64,000 nt of DNA from Octopus vulgaris (lineage: Eukaryota). Shown here piece by piece: positions 18,250 through 33,217 of the stretch. The notes beneath the pieces are model-generated. The model saw only the letters and a program-made list of their open reading frames with translations. It had not been told where the DNA came from and searched no databases. The position numbers and the translations under genes are program-made. Positions within the stretch are counted from its first letter, which is position 1, and the number at the start of each line of letters is the position of its first letter. The stretch spans positions 1,302,001-1,366,000 of the forward strand of contig OX597829.1 in the NCBI GenBank assembly GCA_951406725.2. Reading direction: 5' to 3'.

Positions 18250-18585
18250 TAAATTTGCAACTTAGATTGACTTCGAGAAATTAACCTCAACTGTCTTTTA
18301 ATTATATTTGTAATTATTAGAGAAATCTAATTATGGAAATTTGGGGGAAAGTGTAAAAGTCAATAGAGTGATTCATTCATTTACTTACAATCTTACAGGA
18401 AGTGAGTTTTAATTGTGTTGAGACTCACTTTGCCCTTCATTTATCTATGTCGAGCGCTGATAAACTGGATCTCAGTTATTAAGATAATCTCAATTAGCAT
18501 TGAGTGCTACGTAGGCGTAATATATCGAGTATAGGGTACAATGGTTTCAAGGTTTTCTCCTGGATGTTTGAGTTTTCAATTCAAA

Positions 18586-18801
18586 TTATTCTTTTACTCT
18601 CGTATTTGTTTCGGTCTTTTGACTGCGACCATACTGGGGCCGCGCCTTGAAGGGTTTTAGTCGAAGAAAGCGATCGCAGGACTTATTTTTGTAAGCCGGT
18701 CCCTTTTGCAGAACCGCTAAGTTACGGGGCATAAACACGCCAAAAGTGGTTGTCAAACGATGGTGGGAGGACAAATACAGACACACTCACGTACACACAC
18801 G

Positions 18802-18861
<60 letters not shown>

Positions 18862-19036
18862 CACACACACACACATATTCGACGGGCTTCTTTTACTTTA
18901 TGCCTACCAAATCCACCCACAAGGCTTTGCTCTGCCCGAGGCTAGAGTAGAGGACACTTGTCCAAGGTGTCCCGCAGTGGGACTGAACCCAGACCCACAG
19001 GGTCGGGAAGCAAACTCCTTACCACACAGCCACGCC
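18586..19036 (-). mobile_element. SINE family A (diverged)
   Basis: Reverse complement of the family A head, body and tail. Confidence 0.75.
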
Positions 19037-19381
19037 GAGGTAAACTTTATATGTTATCTTTGCGACGAGGGTAAGATTAAGATATTATTGTAATCATCAG
19101 TTTGAGATATTTTTCTCTCGTAATGAGAGCTAAAATTCTGCTGAGCTAAGCATTACCGTTTATCCGAGTTAATTATTGTGCTGGATTTAAATGGCCGCTG
19201 ACGTGAGCAGACAGTGAACTAAAATGGTACTCTACAATCCAGATCACGAAACCAATACGGGTTTTCGAAAGTTGGTGACTATCATTCATTCGCAAATGTA
19301 CTTTCTGCCTAATAGAGAGCTACAGTAAAGTGAATAATGCAAAAGTAAAAGATACACATAATATATGCATACATAATACAC

Positions 19382-19468
<87 letters not shown>

Positions 19469-19511
19469 CAAAGTGGAGTTGTGGGGTACCGCACGAGTGG
19501 AATTATATACG

Positions 19512-19926
<415 letters not shown>

Positions 19927-20144
19927 TATGTATCTATGTATGTATGTATGAATAACAACAAGCAGGTGTAATTCGTTTAACGCTCTGGAAAAATGGAAAA
20001 GCTTTTTAATTTTCGAGCCTACGCTCTTTCATAGAAGGGATTAAAAGGAAAAGAACTGAAAAGAGAATGAAAAAAAAAAAAAACAACGGACGGAAAAATG
20101 CGCAGACTTCAGAGGCTCAATATGGTGAGATGAGTGGTTATATA

Positions 20145-21082
20145 TATAACCAGCTGAAATTGCAAAGATAATCTAGAACTCGACTGAGGAAAGGAAGCAC
20201 CCGTCATTGTTTTCTTTGTATCGTCCGTCTGGATGTTTTGTCGTTCCTTTTTTGTATCACCTAAGTGTCTGGAGGTTTTGCGTTCTTGTCCCATTTTGTG
20301 TTCTTTATATATAAAACTTATAGCGGCGTACGTACAGTTTGGTCTCTTATATGTAAGTATATAGTTATCTAAATCTTGTACGACTCTATTCTTTCTATTA
20401 TTATTTCCTTCTTTCTATCAGCCCTTCCACGCTTACTTTGTTCATTCCAACCTTCGTTCTTTCATTCCCCCTCTCTCACATTCCCTTGCCTTATCTTCAT
20501 GCTCACTTTCCCTCCTCTTTTCACTTCACTGTGCCCTGTCATTTTTTTGCCCCTCTCTATTTCTTCTGTCCCTCTGCCCCTACACCTCCCTCTTCTCTCC
20601 CCACGTGACCGGAGTTCGGCCAAGCCTGACCTTTCTTTCTTTGTTCTACCGCCGTCCGTGCAACATCTATATCCCTCCCTATGCCTGTGAAATCTTGTAT
20701 CTCTGCCGGAAGGCTTAATTTACTACCGCACACGCGAACTTAATTTAATTCGTCCTTAGTCGAAAGACACCTGTTGTTATGTCCTGTTATTTGTATTTGT
20801 GCAACATTCTCTGTTTATTTTCCATCCTCGTTTTCGTATACATTCGCTGCTTTCTTCCAAGGAATCTAGTGCGCTTAGCTTAGTTTTTCCATGGCGCTGG
20901 CCAGGTTGGAGCAATCTTGAGTATAACCAGCCGAAATTGCAAAGATAATCTGGAACTCGACTGAGGAAAGAAAGTTCCGAAAAACCCATCCTTGTTTTCT
21001 TTGTATCGTCTGTCTGGATGATTCGTTTCCCTTTTTTGTATCACCTAACTGTCTGGATGTTTTGAGTTCTTGTCCCATTTTG

Positions 21083-21083
<1 letters not shown>
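20145..21083 (+). mobile_element. Diverged direct repeats 20145-20299 and 20922-21083, possibly Penelope pLTR-like
   Basis: Two related ~160-bp copies, each ending next to TA-rich sequence. Confidence 0.5.
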
Positions 21084-21145
<62 letters not shown>

Positions 21146-21148
<3 letters not shown>

Positions 21149-22287
21149 TATTATAAAAGGCAGGTTTTATCTGCCTCCCTTTGTCAGTTATAGAAATTTA
21201 CAATATAGGATTTCTTCAATTACAATTTACCTAGCATTTTTAAGAGTAGAATGCGTCGGGTTTTGCCAGGTCCAGTTTTTAAAATTTAAACTCCAATTAA
21301 GCAAAATTTACAGAAAACTCACATTCTGGTGTGTATGTCAAATGCTTTTCTTAGTCTGGTTTACAGCACACGCAAACGCACACACACAGTGTACAACGAA
21401 TAAAGTGAAACTAGATGTAATATTTGTTTCTGTCTATCACGCTGATAGATACATGAGTAAAATGTATGGCAAGCTAACAGATAAGGGTGAGTGAAAATGT
21501 TCTTGGAAGAGAGTAAATAGCGACAGTGTGATTTGAGGAAGACTAAACTGAAAGTATGAAACAGTGTTTATGTATAAACAGACGACACTTATATAAACCC
21601 TTTCGTTACCAAACCGCCCGAATTTACCTATTCATATTTAAATGAGAATATCAGAGTAAATCTCTTTAGTACATTCGTGAAAACACGTATTATACTTCGT
21701 AAACACTTCAAATACAGTTTTATACAAAAATCGAAGTGTAATTTTAATTCCGTGAATTATGGGAGATTTTTTCCCGAAATTTGTTCCTATTGTGTTTTCA
21801 AAATTTGTAATTCTGACAAAAAATGGATACGAATTTCATTATGTCAAGCAGCGAGTCAGAATTTCTAACTCTATGACTGAAAAAAAAAAGCATCTTTATA
21901 TAAGAGTGAAGTTGTGTGTCTGTCTCCTACGATTTAGATTCGTAACTACTCCCACATTTTGCGGTGCAGTTTAACCAAAAGCGGGTATCTTATAGTCGTG
22001 ATTCATATCGAGCCCTTCTGGGTATTAGCGCGCGTCTACGATGAGTCTACGATTTTAAAAAAAATTACCATCATATTTTTCCATTTTAATGCATTTTTTT
22101 CGCTTTTATATAAGGGAAGTAACTCTCTAAAATATCTACGATGTGTCAACGATTTAAAAAAAAAAATTACCTTAATTTTTTTTCAATTTTTAATGCATTT
22201 TTTTACTAATTTTTGGCTATAACTCTCTAAAAATGCTTATATAGTTATTTCCCTTACAACCCGAGCAACGCCGGGCGATACTGCTAG
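21146..22287 (+). mobile_element. Non-autonomous Helitron (composite; second TC start at 21893)
   Basis: A|TC start, subterminal hairpin cccgagcaacgccggg, CTAG|T end. Confidence 0.75.
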
Positions 22288-22335
22288 TATATATATATAT
22301 ATATATAACCATACATATATAGATATTTTTATATA

Positions 22336-22366
<31 letters not shown>

Positions 22367-22446
22367 ATGTATGTATGTATGTATGTATATATGTATGTAT
22401 GTATGTGTATGTTGTGAAGGCAAGTGGCTAAGTGGTTAGGATATAA

Positions 22447-22679
22447 GGCGGCGAGCTGGTAGAAACGTTAGCACCCCGGGCGAAATGCTTAGCCGTATTT
22501 CGTCTACCGCTACGTTCTGAGTTCAAATTCCGCCGAGGTCGACTTTGCCTTTCATCCTTTCAGGGTCGATTAAATAAGTACCAGTTATGCACTGGGGTCA
22601 ATGCAATCGACTTAATCCGTTTGTCTGTCCTTGTTTGTCCTCTCTGTGTTTAGCCCCTTGTGGGTAGTAAAAAAGTAGG
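22447..22679 (+). mobile_element. SINE family B
   Basis: Full-length match to the copies at 8790 and 45514. Confidence 0.8.
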
Positions 22680-23204
22680 CTAGGATATACGGCACATGAT
22701 TGTTAGATCATCCGTTCGCTTCTTACTGATATGTTGTATCCTTCAGCAAGACACAATCTCTCTCACACTGAATCTCACCGAGAACTACGTGAAGGTTATG
22801 CGTGTCTGTGGGGTGTGTCCGGCCACTTACGCGTTACACTGCCGTGCATGATGTTCCGTTGAATCGGATCAACTAGAAAACTCATCGTCTTAACCGGCAG
22901 AGTGCCAGTTTTCAGTTTACACACTGTGCGCGCGTACACACATCTTTAGATGCATATATATGTACATAGTTGAGGTGTGTTCTGTTAAGGACGTATAAGA
23001 GGACAAATAGAGCACGTTCACCCTTAGAATTCCCAAATAGCCGGTAGTATTCTTACGGTATGCTACCTTATTCTAGTTTTAGGTATTTCTCGTGTGTGAA
23101 AATAAAAAAGTAAAAAGTGATTAAAAGCTGCCTCACCGAACTTACTCTCTCTTTTGACTCGTTTGCTTTTTACTTTTTATACATATACATATATACATAC
23201 ATAC

Positions 23205-23270
<66 letters not shown>

Positions 23271-23272
<2 letters not shown>

Positions 23273-23531
23273 TGGATGCGCAATGGCCTAGTGGTTAGGG
23301 CAGCGGACTCGCGGTTGTACGATCGTGGTTTCGATTGCCTGAGTGTTTATTGAGCGAAAACACCCAAAACTCCACGACGCTCCGGCAGGGGGGGGTGGCG
23401 ATCCCTGCTGTACTTTTTCGCCACAACTTTCTCTCACTCTTTCTTCTGTTGGCCAGCGGGGTGGCGTCTTTTGAAGGCATTGTGACCAGCGATGTGTAGC
23501 AACATCTGATAGCCTGGTTGGTAACGGTGAT
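23271..23531 (+). mobile_element. SINE family C variant
   Basis: caatggcctagtggttagggcagcggactcgcgg head, shared with 32716. Confidence 0.75.
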
Positions 23532-23546
23532 ATATATATATATATA

Positions 23547-24083
23547 TCTTATTATAAAAGGCAGATTTTATCTGCCTCCCTTTGTCTCTTATAGAAATCT
23601 ACAATATAGGATTTCTTCAATTACAATTTACCTAGCATTTTTAAGAGTAGAATGCATCGGGTCGTGCCAGGTCCGGTTTTTAAAATTTCAACCCCAATTA
23701 AGCAAAATTTAGAGAAAACTCACATTGTGGTGTGTAAGTGAAGTGCTTTTCTTAGTGTGGGCTACAGCACACACACACGCACACACACAAAAACGGAGCG
23801 ATTTGCTTCACTCACGCTATCACCCTAATTTCTCCCACTTTCTCTTTGCAAGTGTACCTTAAACCACTACTAAAAAAAACACAGCAAACAGAAACAAATA
23901 AATACATAACGATTTACTCCTCACACAATTTCTTCAATTAGAGTTTACGTATGATTTTTCAAAGTACTTCTATTCGGTCATGCCATACAAAATTTCTTTC
24001 AATTTCACCCCCAATTAAGACAAAATTCGAGAAAACTCAATATTTTAACATTTCACTCCGAAAGCATTGATGTACATGTGTGC

Positions 24084-24118
<35 letters not shown>

Positions 24119-25135
24119 CGTGAGTGTGTGTGTGTGTGTTTGATGGGATGTGCGACACAGAAAGTGTGGTGTGTAAGTGAAGTGCTTTTGTTAGTGTGTG
24201 TAAAGAGACAGAGAGAGTACACATACCTACGTACACCTAAAGCACGCACACACACACACACACACAAGCGGAGCGCGAACTTCAAAAGAAATTCGCGCGC
24301 TATCTATCTGGTTCGCCATTCCTCACACACACGCATACACATACATATATGACAGTGACAAACACAAACGTTTCAAACAACTACATACAAACACGTGTGT
24401 GTTTGTTATTAGTAAAAACGGCGCCAAACACAACTCACTTCTCATTCGAACACATTTGCAAAAACACACTGACGGTCGGAATTGTCATAACAATACAGAA
24501 AAGGTAAATTGGTTTTTAATTTACTTTCTGTCGTTAAATTTTGGTAGTATTAATTGGCGAGCGTAATTCTGTTGTCAATTGTTGACAGAAAGAAATTGTA
24601 AGCTAAGAAGGTGTGTGTGTGTGCGTGTGTATGTGTGTCTGTGTATGTGTGTAAGTGTGTGTGTGTGTGTGTAGGAAGTGAAGGATAAAAATATTGCAAG
24701 AAGTGGATAGATGTACACATATACATCCATACATACATGTGTGTGTGTGTCTATGTATGTGTATTAATGTGTGTGTGTTATCTCTATATAAACTGAAGTT
24801 GTCTGTGTGCACCACGTTTGGTAACCTTCAACTAACACTATCTCCTCCGAGACCCTGCGGCGCAAGTTGACCAAAATTGAGAGTATGATAGAAGAAGGGT
24901 TGCTCTTCCTTCCGTAGAACATAAAATTCAAATCGGACCATGTTAACACCAAAAATTATTTACATCAAAAAGCTGCATTTTTCTATGAGAATCCCTATTT
25001 TTTACGATTTTTCACTGCTGTGTCGCCACTTTTCGGTGTATTTCGACCAGAAAAATGTTCACAAAATTTTTACTTTTCAAAATTACAATTCCAGCGGGTC
25101 GAAACAAACCCGAGCAACGCCGGGCGATACTGCTA

Positions 25136-25136
<1 letters not shown>
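23547..25136 (+). mobile_element. Non-autonomous Helitron (composite; second TC start at 24781)
   Basis: Same 5' ~230 bp as 21146 and identical 3' cccgagcaacgccgggcgatactgctag|t. Confidence 0.75.
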
Positions 25137-25201
<65 letters not shown>

Positions 25202-25423
25202 TATAGATTTACATGTCAATAGACACACACACACACACACACACACACACGAACACACATTGGCAGCTTTTGATTATTTTCCAGCCAAAAGGTTTCTAAA
25301 CCTAATACTTACACATTACTATTCAAAGTTTTACGTTTTTGAATGCTTCTCTTAAAAAAGAATTTCCTTCATAGCTTTTCAAGTTTCCAAAGTTCTACAC
25401 ACCCACACACATATACACACATA

Positions 25424-25511
<88 letters not shown>

Positions 25512-25952
25512 CATCTTACAATTTTCGCCGTTAAGAACACGGCTTCAAAATGTAGATGGAAAAAATTTAAAGGGCTGCTTTAGTATAATGGTTAGAACGT
25601 CAGCCATATTTGCATAAAATCTGGATTCATGTCCCAGGGGTAGCCTTTGACTTTTTTTTCCATCCACGTTACTATTTATAGATTTTTATCTCTTCGGGTT
25701 CCACCGCTAAGAATATTTTACTTAGTGCAAAAGCACACACACACACATCCACACTTATGTGTATGCATATATGCATATTGAGTGCATACATATATACATA
25801 GTTAAATTTATACGTGAGTATAATGTATATATATATGTGTGTGTGTATGTATATGTGTGTATATATGCATAGATTTATATATGTACACGTACACACACAT
25901 ACACACACATATACACACGCACACTCTTTTTTTCTCTGTTTCTCTTTCTCTA

Positions 25953-25991
<39 letters not shown>

Positions 25992-26206
25992 TTAACTATA
26001 CGCATTACTTAAGTATTTACCAATTCCTGCCCTGGAAAGAACAGTTGTTTGTTGTTTTTTTTCAAAAATAATAGTTTTTGCTTTCTTGTATATTTTTGTC
26101 TTTATTTTTTTGCATCATTCTAGAAAGCGCGTCTGCTGATGTGACAGATAATGGAAAAGGTGAATCGGCAAGTCTAAAACCATCTCTCTCTCCCTCCCTC
26201 TCATCC

Positions 26207-26301
<95 letters not shown>

Positions 26302-26304
26302 GGT

Positions 26305-26617
<313 letters not shown>

Positions 26618-27113
26618 TGTGTGCATGTGTGAATGTATATGAATGCGTGTGTATATATGTACACACAATATACAAGTGTGTGTGTGTGCGCATAAATACG
26701 CCCACCTACACATACATATAATCTTATTTCTTTTAAAAGCTTAATGTTTCATAACATAAAATGAAATAATAAGATAAAGGGACATAAGAATAAAAGAAAT
26801 GAAAATAAAAGGGGGGTAAGAAAGAGAGACAAAGAGGAAAAGGACAAAAGAGACAGAAATAGGGAAAATGAGGGAGAAAGAGAGACAGAGTGAGGGAGAG
26901 AGAGGATGGAATCGTAAATGGAAGGGAGAGAGAAAAATAGGGCGATAGGCAGAAAAACTGAAGCGAGCAGTCACGAGGAAAAAACAACTTTGAAAAAAAA
27001 AATCAAAAGAGAAAGCTTTAAAATGAAACAACATAACAGAGTGAGCAACACTATCTTTGGCAAGGAAGAAAAAAAAACGGGGGAAAGGAGAGGAATGCAA
27101 TTTAGAGACTTTA

Positions 27114-27130
27114 AAATAATAATAATGATG

Positions 27131-27188
<58 letters not shown>

Positions 27189-27600
27189 GAAGAAGAAGAA
27201 GAAGAAGAAGAAGAAAGAATGCTGTTGTTGATGATGATGATGATGATGATGACGACGACGACGACGATGATGATGATGATGATGACGACAACGTCGACGA
27301 TGATGATGATGATGATGAAGACGATGACGATGATCATGATCATGATGATGATCATGATTATGGTGATGGTGATGGTGATGATGATGATGATGATGATGAT
27401 GGTCGTGATGACGATAACGATGACGACAACGACGACGACGATGATGATGATGATGATGATGAAGACGATGACGATGATGATGATCATGATGATGATCATG
27501 ATTATGGTGATGGTGATGGTGATGATGATGATGATGATGATGGTGGTGATGACGATAACGATGACGACGACGACAATGATGATGATGATGCTTATGATAA
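27114..27600. repeat. Compound (AAT)n/(AGA)n/(GAT/GAC)n low-complexity tract
   Basis: Direct reading; includes an internally duplicated block. Confidence 0.9.
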
Positions 27601-28348
27601 TGCAATAGACAGTTAAACGAAAAAATAGGAAGGAACCTTTTGTTTTGTACTTCCTGTATTTTTTCCTCTAATGGAATAAGTAAATAATTTTATTGAGTGT
27701 ATTGTGACGATGTGTGAATTCCGGAAACTAACAAGCAAACAAGAAACAAAAATTTAAAAAAGAAAAACAAAGCGAATAATGTTGCGGATTGACATCGGCA
27801 TGAATGCTAGATATAGCAGCCAGAGTATTTAGCAAAGAGACGGTCATGTTAGATAATAGAGTCCTTCATAACCCAGCGTCTCACAAAATAACTAAAAAGT
27901 CACATTTGGAAAGTGTTTGATCAGATGGTTGTGGATTAGATCAACATTACTATCCGAGTTCAAATGCAACCGAAGTTAACTTTGCACCTCACCCCTTGGA
28001 GTCGGTGTAATCGACCGTACCCTCACCTCAAAAATGCTAATTTTGTGCCAGAATTAAAACTAATACCATATGGTACATCTACGAACATATTGTATAGACT
28101 CTGAGCAGTTAGTCTATTTCCTAGAAATAGCAGTCGAATCCTGTGCAACTTAAACGCTCCTATTTTAACAGAATAGTTATTTTGCATAGTATAGGCCTTA
28201 CTTTGCATGTGTTTTCAACATAAATGTGTGAGTATCACGTACAGAACGCGTTTGATCGCACGTCTAGATGTAAAGTAAAGGTATCACTACTCCAGTGTAT
28301 GATAGGATATTTCAATCACAACTGTCAATAACTGTGGAGAGGCAACAG

Positions 28349-28419
<71 letters not shown>

Positions 28420-28516
28420 TAATCCAAACATGAAAGCACAAAAAAACACAACAACGCGAGGAAGTGGAACAAATATAGTATTATTGGACGCTCAAGAAGG
28501 AAGGAAAGAAGGAGGG

Positions 28517-28549
28517 TTTAACGTTTCGAGCGGAGCTCTTCCTCGGAAA
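28517..28549 (-). ncRNA. Minimal type I hammerhead in a pLTR-like fragment (~28415-28615)
   Basis: ttt-CCGAGGA-a-gagc tcc gctc-GAAA-cg-TT-aaa. Confidence 0.6.
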
Positions 28550-28616
28550 TATAGAAGAAGGAAAGATCCAGAGAAGGGAAGACGGAGGAAAAGATCGCCA
28601 ACGGTACACACGCGGA

Positions 28617-28735
28617 AGCACTCCATCGGTTACGACGACGAGGGTCTCAGCTGATACGGTCAACAGAACAGCCTACTCGTGAAATTAACGTGCATACGAC
28701 ACACACGTGTACCCTTAACGCAGTTCACAGGGAGA
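28617..28735 (-). mobile_element. SINE-like tail fragment (related copy ~22770-22908, +)
   Basis: Shared cgttaagggtacacgtgt...gttaatttcacgag...gtaaccgatggagtgc block. Confidence 0.45.
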
Positions 28736-28746
28736 AGCCACGTGCC

Positions 28747-28790
<44 letters not shown>

Positions 28791-28791
28791 C

Positions 28792-28856
<65 letters not shown>

Positions 28857-28959
28857 ATAGCAAGCACCAACTATGACAAATTTGTAGTAGTAGAAATACT
28901 TATGATACCGCTAAAAATGATAACAACGCCGGTAAATGGAGTCGCCACTGCCTTATATA

Positions 28960-29385
28960 CAAATAAATACGATAGATGCTCATGCAGAGAAAAATCAAAA
29001 TGTCCTTTGATGAATCTCTGTATGGGTACAAATGTTGTATATAAATGTACCGAGCACACAAGGGGGTGGGGCGTATGTTTACATTGGGCAGACGGCCGAT
29101 TCATTTAAAAATCGTTATCGTAACCGTGTTACCAGCTTTAAAACAATGAATTAGAGACATTTGGTAGATTTTGTATGGCGACTGAAGGAGGATAAAATGA
29201 AGTACAGCATTAATTGGTCTATAGTAAGGTACACGAAACCATACAATATAATTTCCAGGAGATGTTGTCTCTGCTTCGAGGAATCCTTTCTATTCTGTGG
29301 ACTAACGAGAAGATCATTAATAGAATTTCCGAACGACTCTTGAGATGCGTAGACGCATATAAATGTACTTTCGCACAGTGCAATG
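28960..29385 (+). pseudogene. Penelope-like element GIY-YIG endonuclease remnant
   Basis: CSCREKSKCPL..LC...NVVYKC, FKNRYRN...SFK, VWRLKE...YSINWSIV...KPY....RRCCLC.EE across frameshifts. Confidence 0.75.
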
Positions 29386-30176
29386 AGAATGAATTCTGAG
29401 TAACCGTTAACTCAGCAAAATTTACTTTAAGATATGGATGACTTAAGTTCACTTTTAACCGCCCCATTCTTACCAACATCAAGTAGATAGTTAACTCGCT
29501 TTGTGATCATGAGTGCACCAAACCTCACGTATGCCTATGCTCACATTTTTGTGAATGCTTGTATGAGCGAGTGTACTCATGCCATGCAGCTTGCCCCAGG
29601 ACATTAATACATTCATATCTGTTAACAGTTATTTTCATTACTTTTCTCGCCCAGAAATAGCTGTAAGATCTCAGGTAATTTAAGAATAATATATAATAAT
29701 GTATATGACTTGAGATGCTTGTTATGTCTCGGCGTTTGTTGTTTTCTTCCACAAATATATATCTGCTAAATCGGAATCATAAAATGGATCCATATCTCCC
29801 GTTGCTGTTACAAGCTTGGAACCCTGTTAATATGTTACAGCATTTCCCCAGCGTACTTAGTCGTTTAGATCACCAGTGAACTAGACTCCCATATTCTATA
29901 TATATATATATATAAAAATTAGATTCACTTTTGACCATAGGCTGAAACAGCTGTAAGAAGTAGTTTATAGATTTCAATAATTTATAATATGACTTTTAAA
30001 ATCTGTATTTGTATTATTATCTTATCTATTGATTTATATAATATTTTGTATATGCTTTTGATGTTCTCATTTTGTTGAATGAATAAATAATCCAACATTA
30101 TAATATCCGTAAATTGATGAACAAACTAAATTTGTTTCTCCATTTTCTTATTTGTATTTATATATATTTATATATA

Positions 30177-30255
<79 letters not shown>

Positions 30256-30706
30256 TGCCTACAGATATATACGTGCTTACGTTTTTATATGCTTATAGAG
30301 AAGACAGAAATAGGCAAAAAGTAGACGAAAACATTAAAGAGAAAACAAAGAAAAGCTTCTCCTATAAAATGTGTCAGATCTTTTACATCTTCGACCACTT
30401 CTATAATTACTCCTGTCGATCGTTCAGACGGTGGCTAAGAGATGATAAGAACAGAAATCAGGGTTCCGTTATTCCACGTACGTTCGATGTTGTTGATTTG
30501 AGTGTCTTTATCTTAGATGAAATATCTAGAATTTCTACACACCATCACAAATTTAATGTGTCTTACCTTTCTAGGCCTTTTATGGAATACTATATAAGAT
30601 AGCATTGTTCTACTTTTGCAAAATGTAGATTACCTAGAAACAAGGAATTTTTACCATATGAGGAATAATGAAACATGATTTAAGAGAAGAGATGATATTA
30701 AAACTG

Positions 30707-31134
30707 AGATCGTTTCGGTTTGAACGGCAGTTTTTAACATAATTTCTTTGTAACTAAAAAATTTTAAACTTCGTATACTGGTAGAATGTGTTTATAAAAC
30801 ATCTTGGCTTTATTGAGAAAATTCCATAGTTTGTAAGATATTTGTTGTTGTTTTTCTTCAATTTCTGCAATTTCAACCAATCAATGACGTCTATTGAGGT
30901 GAAAACATTCTGTGCCGTATGAATATGTCCCTCGTTTAAGAAACAGATTGGGTTTATTTACATTTGTGAAGAAAAAAAAGATACCCTTCCCCCACCCCTA
31001 ACCCTAACTAACCCTAATTAACCCTAACCCTAAAAGGGATTGAAATGCAATAGTTCGATACTAGGGTCATAATTATGGGTGACAATTTCATATGACACCG
31101 CTAGAAAAAACTGCCGTTCAAACCGAAAAGATGC
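30707..31134. mobile_element. MITE with ~27-bp TIRs and 8-9 bp TSD
   Basis: TIR tttcggtttgaacggcagttttt / aaaaactgccgttcaaaccgaaa. Flanking taaaactg(a) at 30699 and 31135. Internal (CCCTAA)-like repeats. Confidence 0.85.
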
Positions 31135-31730
31135 TAAAACTGAAATCTAAAACGTATTGCTTGTATCATATTTAAAATGCTTCGTTCCTACGTGGGAGAC
31201 AGGTTACATAATTTAAGAGGAACAGTTACATTGATGAAAGTGGGGTTCGTGAAGCGAAAATAATTGACTTCAACTGAAAAGCGAAAAGGGGTGACATTTC
31301 ATAAAGCTTGTAGCGTCTATTTCTTAATATAAAATTTATATTATACTTGTTATTCATATTTATTTCGGTGAGAAATGGAAAAGTAAAATGAATAAATTAT
31401 TTCAAATACCTCGAAGTTTCTAAATTCTTTTGATGTAAACAACATACTATTCTCTCGGGTAAAAATAGTGTCAAGAATAGGTAAAGTTCAAAGTATTGTT
31501 CTAGTCCAATGGTAACAGAAAACCTGCCATATTTACAGATGTGAGTTCGCGTCCAACATTCAGGCTTTTACTTTTTTTTTATACAAAGGAATTTTTAGGG
31601 AATGCACGTCATTACATTTAGCTTTATCCACTTCAAGTTCAACAGTTAAAAATTAAATAGAAACAAGTACTATGGTAAACATCCAAGATAGAACTCTACT
31701 AATTGTAGTTGTGTGTACCTTTAGATTCTA

Positions 31731-32092
31731 CTAGCACTATGACCCGGCAACGCCGGGTCGTAGTGCTAGTGCATGCATATACAGCTGCGTGAGTGCGCAC
31801 ATACACGCGAGTACTGTGCAAATCTCCGACCAATCACATACACCTAGCTGGCATTCAATTGGCGTATCAAGTTTCGGGCATTTTGATTGGGTTTTGGATA
31901 GAAAATTCACAAAAAAGTCACTTCTATTGATTTTTTAATGGCTTTGCGGGGTGACTGGGGAAATGTAAAGATGTGCACGACCATCCTTGAACGGTTTTGA
32001 ATGACCATAGAAAGTGTGAGCCCTCTAACTGAGAAATTGTGGATTTGTATAAAGGACACACACAGACATTTTGCCGTTTATATATATAGAGA
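31731..32092 (-). mobile_element. Short non-autonomous Helitron
   Basis: Minus strand starts A|TCTCTATATATATAAACGGC and ends with a long hairpin and CTAG|T. Confidence 0.7.
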
Positions 32093-32715
32093 TTATTCTT
32101 GCGTTTCAGTCATGCTAGTGCGGCCAGGATGGAGCACCACTTCGAAGGGTTTTCAGTCAATCGTTAATTTGTAATAATCTTCTGAAATCCGATATTCTTA
32201 AGCAGGTATCTCAGTTAGTAAACCGACTTCGGTTGTCAATTAGTCACGCGCGCGCGCACACATACATGCACACACGCACAAACGCACACGCACAAAAGCA
32301 CGCGCACAAACACGTACACACATTCTGAAACACACACATACATACATGATATGGATATATGTAGTTGTAATAGTGTAGAGGATGAGTGTATTAGGGAGCA
32401 AGAGAGAGGAAAGGCACCTTTTCCATTCACCAAGGTGAATCAAACTTTGGTTTGGTGGAACCGCCGTCATCAGATGCGGAACCGTGACGCCCTCCCATTG
32501 GTGAGTCAGCAGAGGTAGCCATCCATTGCTCATCATCTCCGTCTGGCTTTCAGCTTGACTCTTCTCTCTTGCTATATGTGTGTGTGTGTGTGTGTGTGTG
32601 CGCGCACGTGCGTGTGTATGTGCATGTGTATAATTATATATACATATGTATATAAATATACATAAATGTATATACTCACACACACACATACACACATATA
32701 TATATGTATAAATGT

Positions 32716-33018
32716 GGAGGCGCAATGGCCTAGTGGTTAGGGCAGCGGACTCGCGGTTGTAGGATCGCAGTTTCGATTCCCAGACCGTGCGTTGTGAGTG
32801 TTTATTGAGCGAAAACACCTAAAGCTACACGAGGCTCCGGCAAGGGGTGGTGGCGATCCCTGCAGTACTCTTTCTCTCACAACTTTCTCTCACTCTTTCT
32901 TCTGTTGGCCTGCTCGCTTAGCCAGCGGGGTGGCGTCATTTGAAGGCTAAAACAATGCGAAGCGCATTGTGACCAGCGATGTGTAGCAGCATCTGATAGC
33001 CTGGTCAGTCACGGTGAT
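32716..33018 (+). mobile_element. SINE family C variant
   Basis: A box TGGCCTAGTGG and B-box-like GTTTCGATTCC. Confidence 0.8.
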
Positions 33019-33217
33019 ATGTATAAATATTATTTCCAAGTCTCTCCAAAGGAGACTACGGCAGCATTACTGATTATTAATATTTATTGCCAAGCTAACA
33101 TAACAGTCCAGAGAAATAGGACGAATGCTGCCGTTGGTTAGCTCCGAGACACAAATATCTGTATCCATTATAACCTTCGAACAGGGGAGGTCATCAGCTT
33201 CCTCTTGCTAGTTCAAC

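Noticed and set aside
26741-27616. Poly-Asp, His and Ile ORFs
   Set aside because: Trinucleotide-repeat artefacts, open in several frames.
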